This document shows, in pieces, positions 9,298 to 18,375 of a DNA stretch of 64,000 bases. Location: positions 6,160 through 70,159 of the IMG/VR virus record IMGVR_UViG_3300027743_000027. One strand, written 5' to 3'. The notes beneath the pieces are model-generated. The model made no database searches. It was not told the origin of the DNA and was given only the letters and a program-made list of their open reading frames with translations. Position 1 is the first letter of the stretch. Every line of letters starts with the position of its first letter. This stretch comes from a virus. Made by a program: the position numbers and the translations under genes.

Positions 9298-9601
9298 GCA
9301 GATCCAGGCCTGGCTTGCATCGGTTCTCTCACAGCGCGGCGAAGACCTGCTCACGCTGGGCGCGGTCATCGGCGCCCTGACAGGCAGCATCTCGTTTCTG
9401 TTCCACGCACTGATCGCGTCCAAGGACGCGCAACTCAAGGAGGCCCGCGCCCACCTCGAGGAGGCCGTTATCGACCGCGACTTCTGGCGTGACGTGGCGC
9501 TGGGTGTGGTCCGCCCGAGCGAGAAGGCGGCCTGGCTCGACGAGCGCGCCAGCGCGGCCTCGCGCCGCTTGACGGCGCCACTCGAGCCGCCCGTAGACTA
9601 G
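9290..9601 (+). CDS. Small TM plus coiled-coil protein (holin-like)
   Basis: GTG overlaps the previous gene end; TM LLTLGAVIGALTGSISFLFHALI followed by KDAQLKEARAHLEEA..RDFWRD. Confidence 0.55.
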   Translation: MLEQIQAWLASVLSQRGEDLLTLGAVIGALTGSISFLFHALIASKDAQLKEARAHLEEAVIDRDFWRDVALGVVRPSEKAAWLDERASAASRRLTAPLEPPVD

Positions 9602-9765
9602 CGCCGTCCTGACGTCCCACCCCGGTGCGCTGTCCACGCCTGGCGAGCAAACCGGGCGACCGCGCCTCTCCAGCTATGCCCATTGGTCACGTCGTCCGTG
9701 GGCAGGTTCGGACATCGCACACACGGGCGCGGCGCCAGGACACCTTCCTTCCCCGGGGCTGGTCC

Positions 9766-9793
9766 TTGCGCGACGGGAGCGTCGTGCTACGCT
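9766..9793 (+). promoter_or_regulatory. Putative promoter upstream of the head operon
   Basis: TTGCGC-16 nt-TACGCT with TG extension, in a 220-bp intergenic gap ahead of RBS AGGAGG. Confidence 0.4.
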
Positions 9794-9820
9794 AACGACC
9801 CCGTGACAGGAGGGCCGCTG

Positions 9821-10063
9821 ATGGCGAACGTGGTCATCGTCAACCGCAAGGGCGTGCAGATGCGCCAGTCGAATGGCCGCTACGCACCCAAGATCGTGCC
9901 GCCTGCGGTGGCCGCGTCGGTTGGCCCGCGCAACATCACGCAGCGCGCACCTGGCCCGAACGGCGTCGTCCCGGTCGACCGGGGCACACCACGGCAGAGC
10001 GGCGAGGGCATCGTCCAGTCGAGCCCGGTGCCGCCGAGCGCGGCCTACCGCGTGGTCAAGTGA
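9821..10063 (+). CDS. Small basic hypothetical protein (80 aa)
   Basis: RBS ACAGGAGG; ATG 9821. Confidence 0.65.
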   Translation: MANVVIVNRKGVQMRQSNGRYAPKIVPPAVAASVGPRNITQRAPGPNGVVPVDRGTPRQSGEGIVQSSPVPPSAAYRVVK

Positions 10064-10074
10064 GGGAGGCCTGA

Positions 10075-10284
10075 ATGGCAACAGGACGCACGGGCAGTAG
10101 TGGCTACGTGGTCAAGGCGAGCGCGAGCCAGAATCCCTACCTGAAGCAGAACAGTGGCTTCATCGTCACCAACACGGGCGGCAATCTCAGTTCGCAGGTG
10201 CCGCGCTACGCCGCTGCCAGCCTCAACTACAGCGGCCCCATCAAGAGCACGTCGACTGGTCTGATCGTCACGGTCCCGCGCTAA
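10075..10284 (+). CDS. Small basic Ser/Gly/Thr-rich protein (69 aa)
   Basis: RBS GGGAGG; no acidic residues. Confidence 0.65.
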   Translation: MATGRTGSSGYVVKASASQNPYLKQNSGFIVTNTGGNLSSQVPRYAAASLNYSGPIKSTSTGLIVTVPR

Positions 10285-10289
10285 GGGCC

Positions 10290-11927
10290 GTGCTGCTGCG
10301 CATCAACCGCACGCGGGTTTCGACACGGCCCTGGTCTGAGGCCGAGGCGCTCGCGCTGCGTGACCAACTGGCCGACGCCGACGAGGCCATCGCGCACGAG
10401 GTCTACGCCGCCCGGCTGGCCGCAGGCACGCACTGGGGCGCGCACCACGAGATCTCGAGCGACGGTGAGGTCATCCTCAACCGCCAGGGCCTGCAGGCCG
10501 CCACGGCCGCGCTGGGCGACCTGAGCGAGGCCGAGCGCAGCGTCGCCATCCGCCACCTGAGCAAGCACTACGTCGAGCACGACCTGCCGCTGCCCGACGG
10601 CTTTGTGGCTCGAGCGGGTGAGATGCACGTCCTGGCAGGCGCGGTGGGCGAGATGGCGCCGAGCGACATCCCCCTCTCGAGCGCCTTCACCGAGGCCGAG
10701 CGTCAGCACCTGCTGAAGGGCGACGACGACCCGATGGAGGTGGTCATCGAGGTCGCGCCAGGCAAGAGCAGCCGGGGCTGGAACTACACGCCCGCGGCGC
10801 TGCAGAAGATGGTCACGCACGTCCAGACCAAGACGCTGGCGGGCATCAAGGGCCACCAGCGCGACGAGGACGTCGCCAGCCAGTTCGTCGACCCGGCCAC
10901 GCACTGGATCGGCGCCCTGTGGCAGAACGACAAGGCCTACTTCCGAGGCGTTATCGACAAGACCGCCCCGGATCTGAAGCGCTGGATTCGAGCCAAGCGC
11001 ATTACGCAGCCCAGCATCTTCACGCGGCCCGTGCTGTCACGCGTCGGCGGTGAGACGCAGGTGGTCGACCTCGAGCCGCTGGGGATCGACTGGGCGCCAC
11101 TGGATCGAGCCGGGATGCCCTCATCCAGAGTGGTCGCCTGGGGCGAGATGGATGCCATCGGCGGCGAGCCGTTCGAAAGTCGGGCGCCGCTCGACGACGA
11201 CCAGATCACAACTACAGGGAGCGGTCATATGACAACCGTCCGAGAAGCGCTCGACGCGCTGCGTGAACACGGCGCACCCGCCAGCCAGGTGCTGCAGGCG
11301 ATGAACTGGCGCGCCAACGATGTGCTGCCCGGGCTGCTGGCCACTGACCGTCGTGGCGTGGCCGAGGCCCTCGACCAGGCGACCCTGCAGCACGTGGCCG
11401 CGGGCGAGATGGCCAAGGCGCACCGCCCGCAGGACTTGCTGGCGGCCATGAACCTCGACCTGGCCACCGTGGCGCCGCTGATCGACGCGGCGCAGTGGCA
11501 GCGGCTGCAGGCGGCCGAGACGGCCGTGGGCGAGATGCGCAGCGCGCTGGGCCTGGCCGAGACGGCCGATGCGGCGGCGGTCCGCACGCGGGTGACCGAC
11601 CTCCAGACGGCCGTCGCCACGACCTCGCAGCAGGCGCTGCGCTCGAGTGTCGAAGCGATTGTCGCCCGTGGCGAGATGGCGGTGCCCACGGCGGTCCGCC
11701 CGCTGGTCACCAGCACGGCGCTGCTCGAGCTACAGCCAGGCGCCGACGAGACCGCGATCAAGAGCGCCATCACCAAGGCCAAGGGCGTGCCCGAGATCAA
11801 GCCGATCCTCGAGGCCAGCCTGGGCAGCGCGCATATCCGCCCGACCGCGACCGGGTCCGCGGGTGAGATGCACAACGGCGCCAGCCGCGAGCCCGTGGGC
11901 TTGCCGACGCGCCGACGGTCGATCTGA
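10290..11927 (+). CDS. Prohead protease/scaffold fusion; probable nested scaffold start at ATG 11229
   Basis: Precedes decoration and capsid genes; protease-like core (KSSRGWNY..., GIKGHQ, HWIGA, QPSIF, GIDWAPLDRAGM); helical Ala-rich C-terminal half; in-frame ATG 11229 with upstream AGGGAG. Confidence 0.75.
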   Translation: MLLRINRTRVSTRPWSEAEALALRDQLADADEAIAHEVYAARLAAGTHWGAHHEISSDGEVILNRQGLQAATAALGDLSEAERSVAIRHLSKHYVEHDLPLPDGFVARAGEMHVLAGAVGEMAPSDIPLSSAFTEAERQHLLKGDDDPMEVVIEVAPGKSSRGWNYTPAALQKMVTHVQTKTLAGIKGHQRDEDVASQFVDPATHWIGALWQNDKAYFRGVIDKTAPDLKRWIRAKRITQPSIFTRPVLSRVGGETQVVDLEPLGIDWAPLDRAGMPSSRVVAWGEMDAIGGEPFESRAPLDDDQITTTGSGHMTTVREALDALREHGAPASQVLQAMNWRANDVLPGLLATDRRGVAEALDQATLQHVAAGEMAKAHRPQDLLAAMNLDLATVAPLIDAAQWQRLQAAETAVGEMRSALGLAETADAAAVRTRVTDLQTAVATTSQQALRSSVEAIVARGEMAVPTAVRPLVTSTALLELQPGADETAIKSAITKAKGVPEIKPILEASLGSAHIRPTATGSAGEMHNGASREPVGLPTRRRSI

Positions 11928-11956
11928 GCTAGCCAGGAGAGGAGGACCAGCTACCA

Positions 11957-12331
11957 ATGGCAAACACCAATGGCCACAAGATGGCCGATGGCCTGAGCGT
12001 TGACGTGACCGTGCCGAGCGGCACCGTCGTCGCGCAGGGGGAGTTCGTATACATCGACGGTTTCTTCGGCCTGGCCGAGTTCGACGACAAGCCCGTCTCG
12101 ACCGGGGCGGCGGTCATCGCCATCAACATCGAGCAGGGTCAGTACGACACGGATCAGATCACGACGGCTGAGGCCTACGCGGTGGGCGACGTCGTCAACT
12201 TCAACATCACGACCAAGCTGTTCACCAAGGCGGCCGTCTCGGGCACGATCCTCCCGGTGGGCCGCATCACCATCGCCAAGAACGCGGATAACGTCATCGG
12301 CTTCTTGATGCTGCCGCAGCGGCTGGCCTGA
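11957..12331 (+). CDS. Capsid decoration/cement protein (DUF2190-like)
   Basis: Strong RBS AGGAGAGGAGG; 124-aa beta-rich (VDVTVPSG..GEFVYIDGFFGLA...GDVVNF...VGRIT); lies between scaffold and capsid. Confidence 0.75.
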   Translation: MANTNGHKMADGLSVDVTVPSGTVVAQGEFVYIDGFFGLAEFDDKPVSTGAAVIAINIEQGQYDTDQITTAEAYAVGDVVNFNITTKLFTKAAVSGTILPVGRITIAKNADNVIGFLMLPQRLA

Positions 12332-12345
12332 GGGAGGAGTAGACG

Positions 12346-13440
12346 ATGGCTATCCGAATCATTGACGCCCCAACGCTGCGCGCTGAACGGCGTCAGGGCG
12401 AGCGCACCTACACGGCCCAGGCGACCATCTGGGATCAGCCCTTCGAGGTGCCGATCCACATCGCCGCGGGCGAGATGGACACCTACGACCTCAACCGCCC
12501 GGTGCGCGAGTACCTGGCCACGCTCAACGCCCGCCCGGTGGCTGGTGAGATCATCGCCACGCCGCCCAACCTGGCGCAGTTCGTCACCAAGACGGTCGTC
12601 GACCTGAACCTGGGCCGCGAGCAGGTGCCGCTGCTGTACCCGGCGGTCTACACGCGGACGATCACCGACGCCAACCTGACCGAGAACGTCGATGTCGGCG
12701 CGATCATGGCGCGAGCGTCGGTCGTCTTCCTGCAGCACATGGAAGGCGGCGAGGTCCGCTTCGGCACGCGCACGCTCACGCCACGCCAGACGGTGCCGCT
12801 GGTCACCTACGCCGCGGGCTTCGAGTACACCGAGGATCTGGTCGAGTACGACAAGACGTGGGAGATCACGCAACTCAATGAGGCCCTGGGGCGGGCCTAC
12901 AACGCGCTGCTGAACCACATCCACCTCTACCCGATCACCAGCTACACCTACGCGGCCAAGAACCAGACGCCCGCGGACGCGACGGCCAACACCACCTTCC
13001 GCGAGAAGATGCGCGCCACGCTCAAGGCGGGCCTGATCCACGCAGGCAGCGACACGGGCACCGACACGGGCCTGGGCCGCTCGCCCAACGTCCTGCTGGC
13101 GCACTCGAGCCGCCGCTGGGACATCGAGGAGGCGCTGCAGCGCTTCGTGGTCAGCGGCACCGAGTACCCGGCACTGGCAGGCATCGACACGCTGGTCTTC
13201 TACGACGGCTACAGCATCACCGTCGGCGCCCGGAAGTACGTCTATCCCGGCGTGGCGACCAACAAAGCCTACCTCGTGGACACCAGCACCTACCTCATCG
13301 AACTGGTCAAGCACGACCTGCGGACCGACGCGGGCGTGGGCGATCTCAGCCGCCTCATCCAGCAGCAGATCGTGTCTCGCGCCCGCCGAGGCGTCTTCAT
13401 CTCGCCGCCCAACTGCGTCGAGGAAGTCACGCTGCCGTAA
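12346..13440 (+). CDS. Major capsid protein (HK97 fold)
   Basis: RBS GGGAGGAG; 364 aa; EGGEVRFG..YAAGFEYTEDL..LGRAYNALLNHIHL, ends VEEVTLP; position in head cluster. Confidence 0.88.
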   Translation: MAIRIIDAPTLRAERRQGERTYTAQATIWDQPFEVPIHIAAGEMDTYDLNRPVREYLATLNARPVAGEIIATPPNLAQFVTKTVVDLNLGREQVPLLYPAVYTRTITDANLTENVDVGAIMARASVVFLQHMEGGEVRFGTRTLTPRQTVPLVTYAAGFEYTEDLVEYDKTWEITQLNEALGRAYNALLNHIHLYPITSYTYAAKNQTPADATANTTFREKMRATLKAGLIHAGSDTGTDTGLGRSPNVLLAHSSRRWDIEEALQRFVVSGTEYPALAGIDTLVFYDGYSITVGARKYVYPGVATNKAYLVDTSTYLIELVKHDLRTDAGVGDLSRLIQQQIVSRARRGVFISPPNCVEEVTLP

Positions 13441-13449
13441 GGAGGGCAC

Positions 13450-14049
13450 ATGACCGAGCAGCCTGCTGAGCAGACGCCGACCCCGGCGCCTGCTCCCGCG
13501 CCTACCACGACGACCACCACGCGTCGCACGAGGACTGCCGTGACCGCAGCACCCGAGCCCGCCAAGAGCGGCGAGGACATCGAAGCCAGCCCGACCGAGA
13601 CGCCTGTCGAGGTCCAGCACACGCCGACCTACCCGGTCGGCACCGTCGGTATGCACGCCGAGGGCGTGACCAATATTCCGCCAGGCACGCCGATCACCGT
13701 GGCGCCCGACCCGACCGACCCGGCGGCGGTGGCGGCCGCGCCAACCGTCTCGCCCGCGCCAGGCACCATCGAGGTGGCTGGCCCCGCGCCGCTGCCCCGG
13801 CCAGGTGACGAGCAACTTATTCGCGGCACGGCCGCGGGCAACGAACTGTGGGCCGAACTGACGGGCAACACGCTCGAGGCGCCTGATGCCCAGGCGGCTG
13901 AGGTGAGCGCTCGCGAGGCGGCGGAAACCAAACTCGAGCAGGACCGCGAGGCGGCCGAGGCCGCGCAGGCCAATCAGCAGAAGCTGCTCGATGCCACCGC
14001 CGCGCAGCAGGAGCAGCAGCGCGCCGCCCGGGAGCAGCAGCGCGCCTAA
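13450..14049 (+). CDS. Pro/Ala/Glu-rich protein after the capsid gene
   Basis: RBS AAGGAGG; low-complexity N-terminus, coiled-coil C-terminus. Confidence 0.65.
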   Translation: MTEQPAEQTPTPAPAPAPTTTTTTRRTRTAVTAAPEPAKSGEDIEASPTETPVEVQHTPTYPVGTVGMHAEGVTNIPPGTPITVAPDPTDPAAVAAAPTVSPAPGTIEVAGPAPLPRPGDEQLIRGTAAGNELWAELTGNTLEAPDAQAAEVSAREAAETKLEQDREAAEAAQANQQKLLDATAAQQEQQRAAREQQRA

Positions 14050-14055
14050 ATCACC

Positions 14056-14622
14056 ATGACGCCGACCGACGACCTGCGGCTGACGCTGCGCATGAATCTC
14101 GACGAGACGATCCCGCCCGGCGGGAGCGACGCAGACACCATGTTTGCGGATGCCGAGATCGACAACCTGCTCATCCAGAGCCAGACCATCGAGGAGGCTT
14201 CGTGGCGCGGCTGGGTGGTCAAGTGCATGCGCCTGTCACTGCAGGCGCTCGAGTCGGGCGGCGGCACGCTGGTCTCGGCGCAGATGGGCAGCGAGCAGTT
14301 CAAGTGGTCCGAGGCCGCCGCGGGCGACGTCACGGGCATCTGCGAGAACATCGTCCAGTACTGGTGGAACCAGATCCCCATCGGCTCTGCACCAGCCGTC
14401 GGCGGCGGTGGGGCGCGCATCCTGAGCATCCGAGCGGTGGCGCTGCCAGGCATCAACGCGCCCTACACGGCCTCGAGCGATCCGAACAGCTACGGCGATC
14501 CGTGGCTGGGCTCGGGCGCCACGCCCTGGTGGCCAGGCGACCCCTCACGGCTGCTGTACTACATCAAGGCGGGCTGGCGCTGGCCATCGGCCGAGACCTA
14601 CACCGCGACGCTCCCTGAGTGA
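14056..14622 (+). CDS. Head-tail adaptor
   Basis: LRLTLRMNLDE..GGSDADTMFADAEIDNLL...W..K pattern; position after capsid. Confidence 0.7.
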   Translation: MTPTDDLRLTLRMNLDETIPPGGSDADTMFADAEIDNLLIQSQTIEEASWRGWVVKCMRLSLQALESGGGTLVSAQMGSEQFKWSEAAAGDVTGICENIVQYWWNQIPIGSAPAVGGGGARILSIRAVALPGINAPYTASSDPNSYGDPWLGSGATPWWPGDPSRLLYYIKAGWRWPSAETYTATLPE

Positions 14623-15053
14623 CCATGCCGACCTTGACGCTGCTGGCGCAACAGGTGCTCGGGGCTCGCGAGCAGACCATCGACAAGCTGGGCTGTCAGG
14701 TGACGCTCGAGGCAGCCATCCGCCAGGCGCGCCAGCCTGGTGAGGGCTACCTGCGCAAGGCCCGCTCGAGCTTCGGCCCGTACCAGGCCTACGTCTACTG
14801 GCAGGGCGGCGCCAGCGCGGATCGCGGCAACCAGGGCGGTGAGCTACTGCGCCAGGACCGCGACATCACCTGGGGCGCGAGCTTCAAGCTGGCCGACGGG
14901 CTCGAGATGTGGCCCAGCGGCGAGATCGACGCGCAATCCGAGTTCGAGCTAGCCCACCCCGTCTACGGTCGCTTCCGCCTCGACCGGGTCCAGCAGATGA
15001 GCGTCCAGGGCCAGAACGTCGGCTGGCAGTGCGGCCTGGTGCGGGTCAGCTAG
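14619..15053 (+). CDS. Head closure/stopper protein
   Basis: Position and size; beta-rich. Confidence 0.55.
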   Translation: MTMPTLTLLAQQVLGAREQTIDKLGCQVTLEAAIRQARQPGEGYLRKARSSFGPYQAYVYWQGGASADRGNQGGELLRQDRDITWGASFKLADGLEMWPSGEIDAQSEFELAHPVYGRFRLDRVQQMSVQGQNVGWQCGLVRVS

Positions 15054-15409
15054 TGCCCTACGTCAATCATCAGAACGTCGGCGGCTCGATCTACAACAAG
15101 GTCCGCCGTCACATCGCCGCCACGATCATGGCCATCCAGCCGCTGGGTGGCGAGGCCGAGGCGCACATGAAGACACATGCGCCCTGGCAGGACATCACGC
15201 GCAACGCCCGCAACAGCCTGACAGGCACGGTCGCAGTGGCCCAGGCGCCGCAGCGCACGCGCATCTCGCTGCGGCTGAGCCACGGCATGGACTACGGCAT
15301 CTGGCTCGAGTTGAAGAACGCGGGCAAGTACGCCATCGTGCGGCCCACGGCGCTGATCTACCGCCAGCGGGTGCGGCGCGCCTACCAGCGCGTGTGGGCG
15401 AACTGGTGA
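15053..15409 (+). CDS. HK97 gp10-like neck protein
   Basis: AEAHMKTHAPWQDITRNARNSL...LSHGMDYGIWLELKNAGKYAIVRPT. Confidence 0.75.
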   Translation: MPYVNHQNVGGSIYNKVRRHIAATIMAIQPLGGEAEAHMKTHAPWQDITRNARNSLTGTVAVAQAPQRTRISLRLSHGMDYGIWLELKNAGKYAIVRPTALIYRQRVRRAYQRVWANW

Positions 15410-16362
15410 CGCTACGCGAGGCCGTCCGCGTGGCGCTGATCGGGGATGGCTCCGATCCGTGGCGCGACGACGTCATCGAACTCGAGGGCGCCAAGACGCA
15501 GGGTGACCTGGCCAGCCCGATTGCCACGGGCCAGGCGCAAGCGCTGCCGTTCGTCATCGTCCGCTTCGGGCCGCAGACCGTCGGCCAGTACTGGGGCAAC
15601 CTGGGCGATGCCATCGAGATCTGGCCCTACGCCGACGACGAGACCTGGCAGGCGCTCGACCTGCTGTGCGGCCTGGTGCTGCTGCGCCTGGACAAGCAGA
15701 TCCTTGACGTCGACGGCACGGCCTACCAGTTGAGCTACGCGGGCGTCTCGACGCAGGACACGCCCGTGGCCGAGTGGGACGCCTACACGCGGCCCTTGCG
15801 CTTCGACAGCATCAAGATCGCCAGCACCACGCCGGGCGCCATCCACCCGCTGGCCGAGGCCTTCAACGCCTGGAGCACGACGACCTTCGGCCCAAACGCC
15901 AACATCTGGTGGCAGGTGACCTCGAGCCCGCGGATCAGCCAGGAGACCGACCACTACAACGTCTGGCTCGACAAGATGCGGGCGACGCTCAATGGGCACA
16001 TCGTGACCACCGACCCGCAGGAGGTCATCCAGCACCTCGACAGGCTGGCGGCGATCCTGCCGCGAGCCACCATTCGGTACGCCGACACCTACCTGGCGAC
16101 CATCGAGGCCACTCGCGCCGAGCCCGAGGCCGACCCGCATCAGGACGGTCAGATCAGCGTGGACGTCAGCTACGGCGCAGTCAACGGCAACTACTGGGCG
16201 AGCGTACCTGGCGACCCGAACCATCCCTGGGTGCCGACCGACCCGAACCATCCGTGGATCGAGCACCCCGTGCCGCCTGACCCAGCCATCTCGATTCCAC
16301 TCGAGCACGTCGAGGTGCGAGACGGCACGTTGGTTGGCGAATCGCCTGAACCACAACCCTGA
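15406..16362 (+). CDS. Tail terminator/sheath-completion protein
   Basis: Immediately before the sheath cluster; PFVIVRFG...IEIWPY; C-terminal DPNHPW repeat. Confidence 0.6.
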   Translation: MTLREAVRVALIGDGSDPWRDDVIELEGAKTQGDLASPIATGQAQALPFVIVRFGPQTVGQYWGNLGDAIEIWPYADDETWQALDLLCGLVLLRLDKQILDVDGTAYQLSYAGVSTQDTPVAEWDAYTRPLRFDSIKIASTTPGAIHPLAEAFNAWSTTTFGPNANIWWQVTSSPRISQETDHYNVWLDKMRATLNGHIVTTDPQEVIQHLDRLAAILPRATIRYADTYLATIEATRAEPEADPHQDGQISVDVSYGAVNGNYWASVPGDPNHPWVPTDPNHPWIEHPVPPDPAISIPLEHVEVRDGTLVGESPEPQP

Positions 16363-16374
16363 CGGGAGGAATGC

Positions 16375-16635
16375 ATGACCCAGCCAGAACCGCAATCCGT
16401 TGAAGTGCCGACCGAGCCGCTGTACGGCGCCGAGGATGTGGCCCGCGCCCTGAGTAGCTCTGGCGACCGGGCCCTCGCGCAGGCGTGGTTTCAGAGCAAC
16501 GACAAGGTGGGCATCACCAAGGCCGAGGCCGACGCGCTGATCCAGCAGATCGAGAGCGGGCAATCGCCGCAGCAGCAGGCCGCACCAGACCAGCAGGCCG
16601 CGCCTGCCGAGGACGCTGAGGGAGGCACCGCCTGA
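16375..16635 (+). CDS. Small hypothetical protein preceding the sheath
   Basis: RBS GGGAGG; coupled to the sheath start. Confidence 0.6.
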   Translation: MTQPEPQSVEVPTEPLYGAEDVARALSSSGDRALAQAWFQSNDKVGITKAEADALIQQIESGQSPQQQAAPDQQAAPAEDAEGGTA

Positions 16636-18086
16636 TGCCGGGCCAGATCGTTCGTCCAAACGAGGTGATGATTCGCGCAGGCGTCGGTCTGCGGATCACC
16701 ACCAGCACGCCGCTGCCGAGCTTCATTCGCGGCCGCTTCGGCTATGTCGGCAAGGCCAACTGGGGCCCGCTCAACACGGCCGTCGAGATGCTCAGCCGCA
16801 GCCAGATCTCCGACACCTACGGCCCCTCTGGCGAGGCGGGCAACACGATGGATGGCGCCGAGGAGGTCTTCAACGGCGGCGCCGTGACAGGCGTCGTGGT
16901 CAGGCTGGGCACGGGCGGCACGGCAGGCACCGACACGCTGACCGATACCGCGTCGGCCACCGTCGGCAACATCCGTGTGCTCTACCCCGGGACTCGAGCG
17001 TTCGGCTACAGCGTGCGCGCCAATCTGAGCGACCCGAACGTGCGCGAACTGGTCGTCTACGAGGGCACGGTGCAGCGCGAACTGTGGTCCTTCCCGAAAA
17101 AGAACGGCACCTACAACGAGATCGACGGCCTGATCGCGGCGGTGGGCAACAGGAGCCAGTTCATCACGGTGACCAAGACCGCGCCAGGCGACGGCACGAT
17201 CAAGGACGTCGCGCAGAAGGCCATCCCGGCAGGCACGCCACCGACCGTCGACGACGCCAGCTACAGCGCCGCGCTGACCGAACTGGGCAAGGAGAACTTC
17301 TTCGTCACCGTCGTCGACAGCGAGGATGAGGACGTCCACGACATCATCCAGGCCTGGGTCGACGATCAGCAGATGCACGGCCGCCGTCGCGTCGCGGTGC
17401 TGGGCATTCCGATCACCGAGACGTGGGCCAGCCGCAAGGCGCGAGCGTCGGGCTCGAACAACCCGGCCATCATCATCGTCGGCAACGGCTTCGAGCGGCA
17501 TGGGCCCGACGGGCTCGAGGTCATCGCCTGCGACGGCTACCTGGCCGCCGCCCGCTTCGCGGGCGCCTACACCGCCTGCAAGCCCAACCAGCAACTGACG
17601 CACCGCGTCATCCCCGACGCGACTGGCCTGGTCGGCGCGCTGACCGACGACCAGCTAACCGAGGCCAAGCTGTCGGGCCTGTCGACTTTCAGCATGAGCT
17701 TCCGCGGGCGGGTGTGGATCTCTGAAGGCGTCAACACCCTGGTCGACCCGGCGCTGCCGCCAGTGTGGGCCGAGGGCATGTCGAGCGCCTGGAGCAAGAT
17801 GCGCCGAGTGATGACGCGCTTCTACCTGATTGACGACATCACGGCGCAGTGGGACGACATGATCGGCCAGGTCAACAACACAGAGACGGGGCGCGGCGTG
17901 CTCAAGACGGCGGCGCAGGCCATCGTCAACAGCTACATCGCCAGCGGCGCGCTGATCAGCGGCACGGTGGCCGTCGACGTCACGCGCCAGCCCAACGCGG
18001 CCGCCGACGAGGCCTTCTTCGTCTTCACCAATCTGGTCGACGCCGACGGTGCTGAGCGCCTGATCCTGAACGCGATGTTCCCATAG
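16635..18086 (+). CDS. Tail sheath protein (XkdK-like)
   Basis: GKANWGPLN, VVRLG, LYPGTR, LTHRVI, EGVNTL, WSKMRRVMTR; 483 aa. Confidence 0.92.
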   Translation: MPGQIVRPNEVMIRAGVGLRITTSTPLPSFIRGRFGYVGKANWGPLNTAVEMLSRSQISDTYGPSGEAGNTMDGAEEVFNGGAVTGVVVRLGTGGTAGTDTLTDTASATVGNIRVLYPGTRAFGYSVRANLSDPNVRELVVYEGTVQRELWSFPKKNGTYNEIDGLIAAVGNRSQFITVTKTAPGDGTIKDVAQKAIPAGTPPTVDDASYSAALTELGKENFFVTVVDSEDEDVHDIIQAWVDDQQMHGRRRVAVLGIPITETWASRKARASGSNNPAIIIVGNGFERHGPDGLEVIACDGYLAAARFAGAYTACKPNQQLTHRVIPDATGLVGALTDDQLTEAKLSGLSTFSMSFRGRVWISEGVNTLVDPALPPVWAEGMSSAWSKMRRVMTRFYLIDDITAQWDDMIGQVNNTETGRGVLKTAAQAIVNSYIASGALISGTVAVDVTRQPNAAADEAFFVFTNLVDADGAERLILNAMFP

Positions 18087-18099
18087 GAGTACAGCAGCC

Positions 18100-18375
18100 A
18101 TGACCCAGCCTCCCGACAACGACAAGGACAAGGAGCATCCGCGAGGCGGACCACCCGGCCAGACGGGCGCGCACCCACAGGGTGGCCCGCCTGGCCAGAC
18201 AGGCGCACATCCGCAGGGCGGCCCGCCAGGCCAGGCCGACCAGCCCGCACCCGATCAGAGCCTGCCGCAGCCACAACCGCAGCCCGATCAGGACTTGCCG
18301 CAGCCGCAGCCAGAGCCGACACCGCTGCCCGCCGCGGGCGACCAAGACGAGGAGGACGCTGAGCAGAAGCCATGA
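18100..18375 (+). CDS. Pro/Gln/Gly-rich repeat protein with three HP(R/Q)GGPPGQ units
   Basis: RBS AGGAG; 36-bp repeats that differ mainly at synonymous sites; overlaps the tube gene start. Confidence 0.65.
   Translation: MTQPPDNDKDKEHPRGGPPGQTGAHPQGGPPGQTGAHPQGGPPGQADQPAPDQSLPQPQPQPDQDLPQPQPEPTPLPAAGDQDEEDAEQKP

Noticed and set aside
7747-9438. Long minus-strand ORFs (563 aa, 377 aa), and others such as 12175-13815 and 34150-36219
   Set aside because: Antisense shadows of well-supported + strand genes; stop codons are scarce in GC-rich DNA; no domain signatures.
9602-9820. Intergenic gap considered as a tRNA or riboswitch
   Set aside because: No cloverleaf, T-loop or recognisable aptamer; only a candidate promoter was found.
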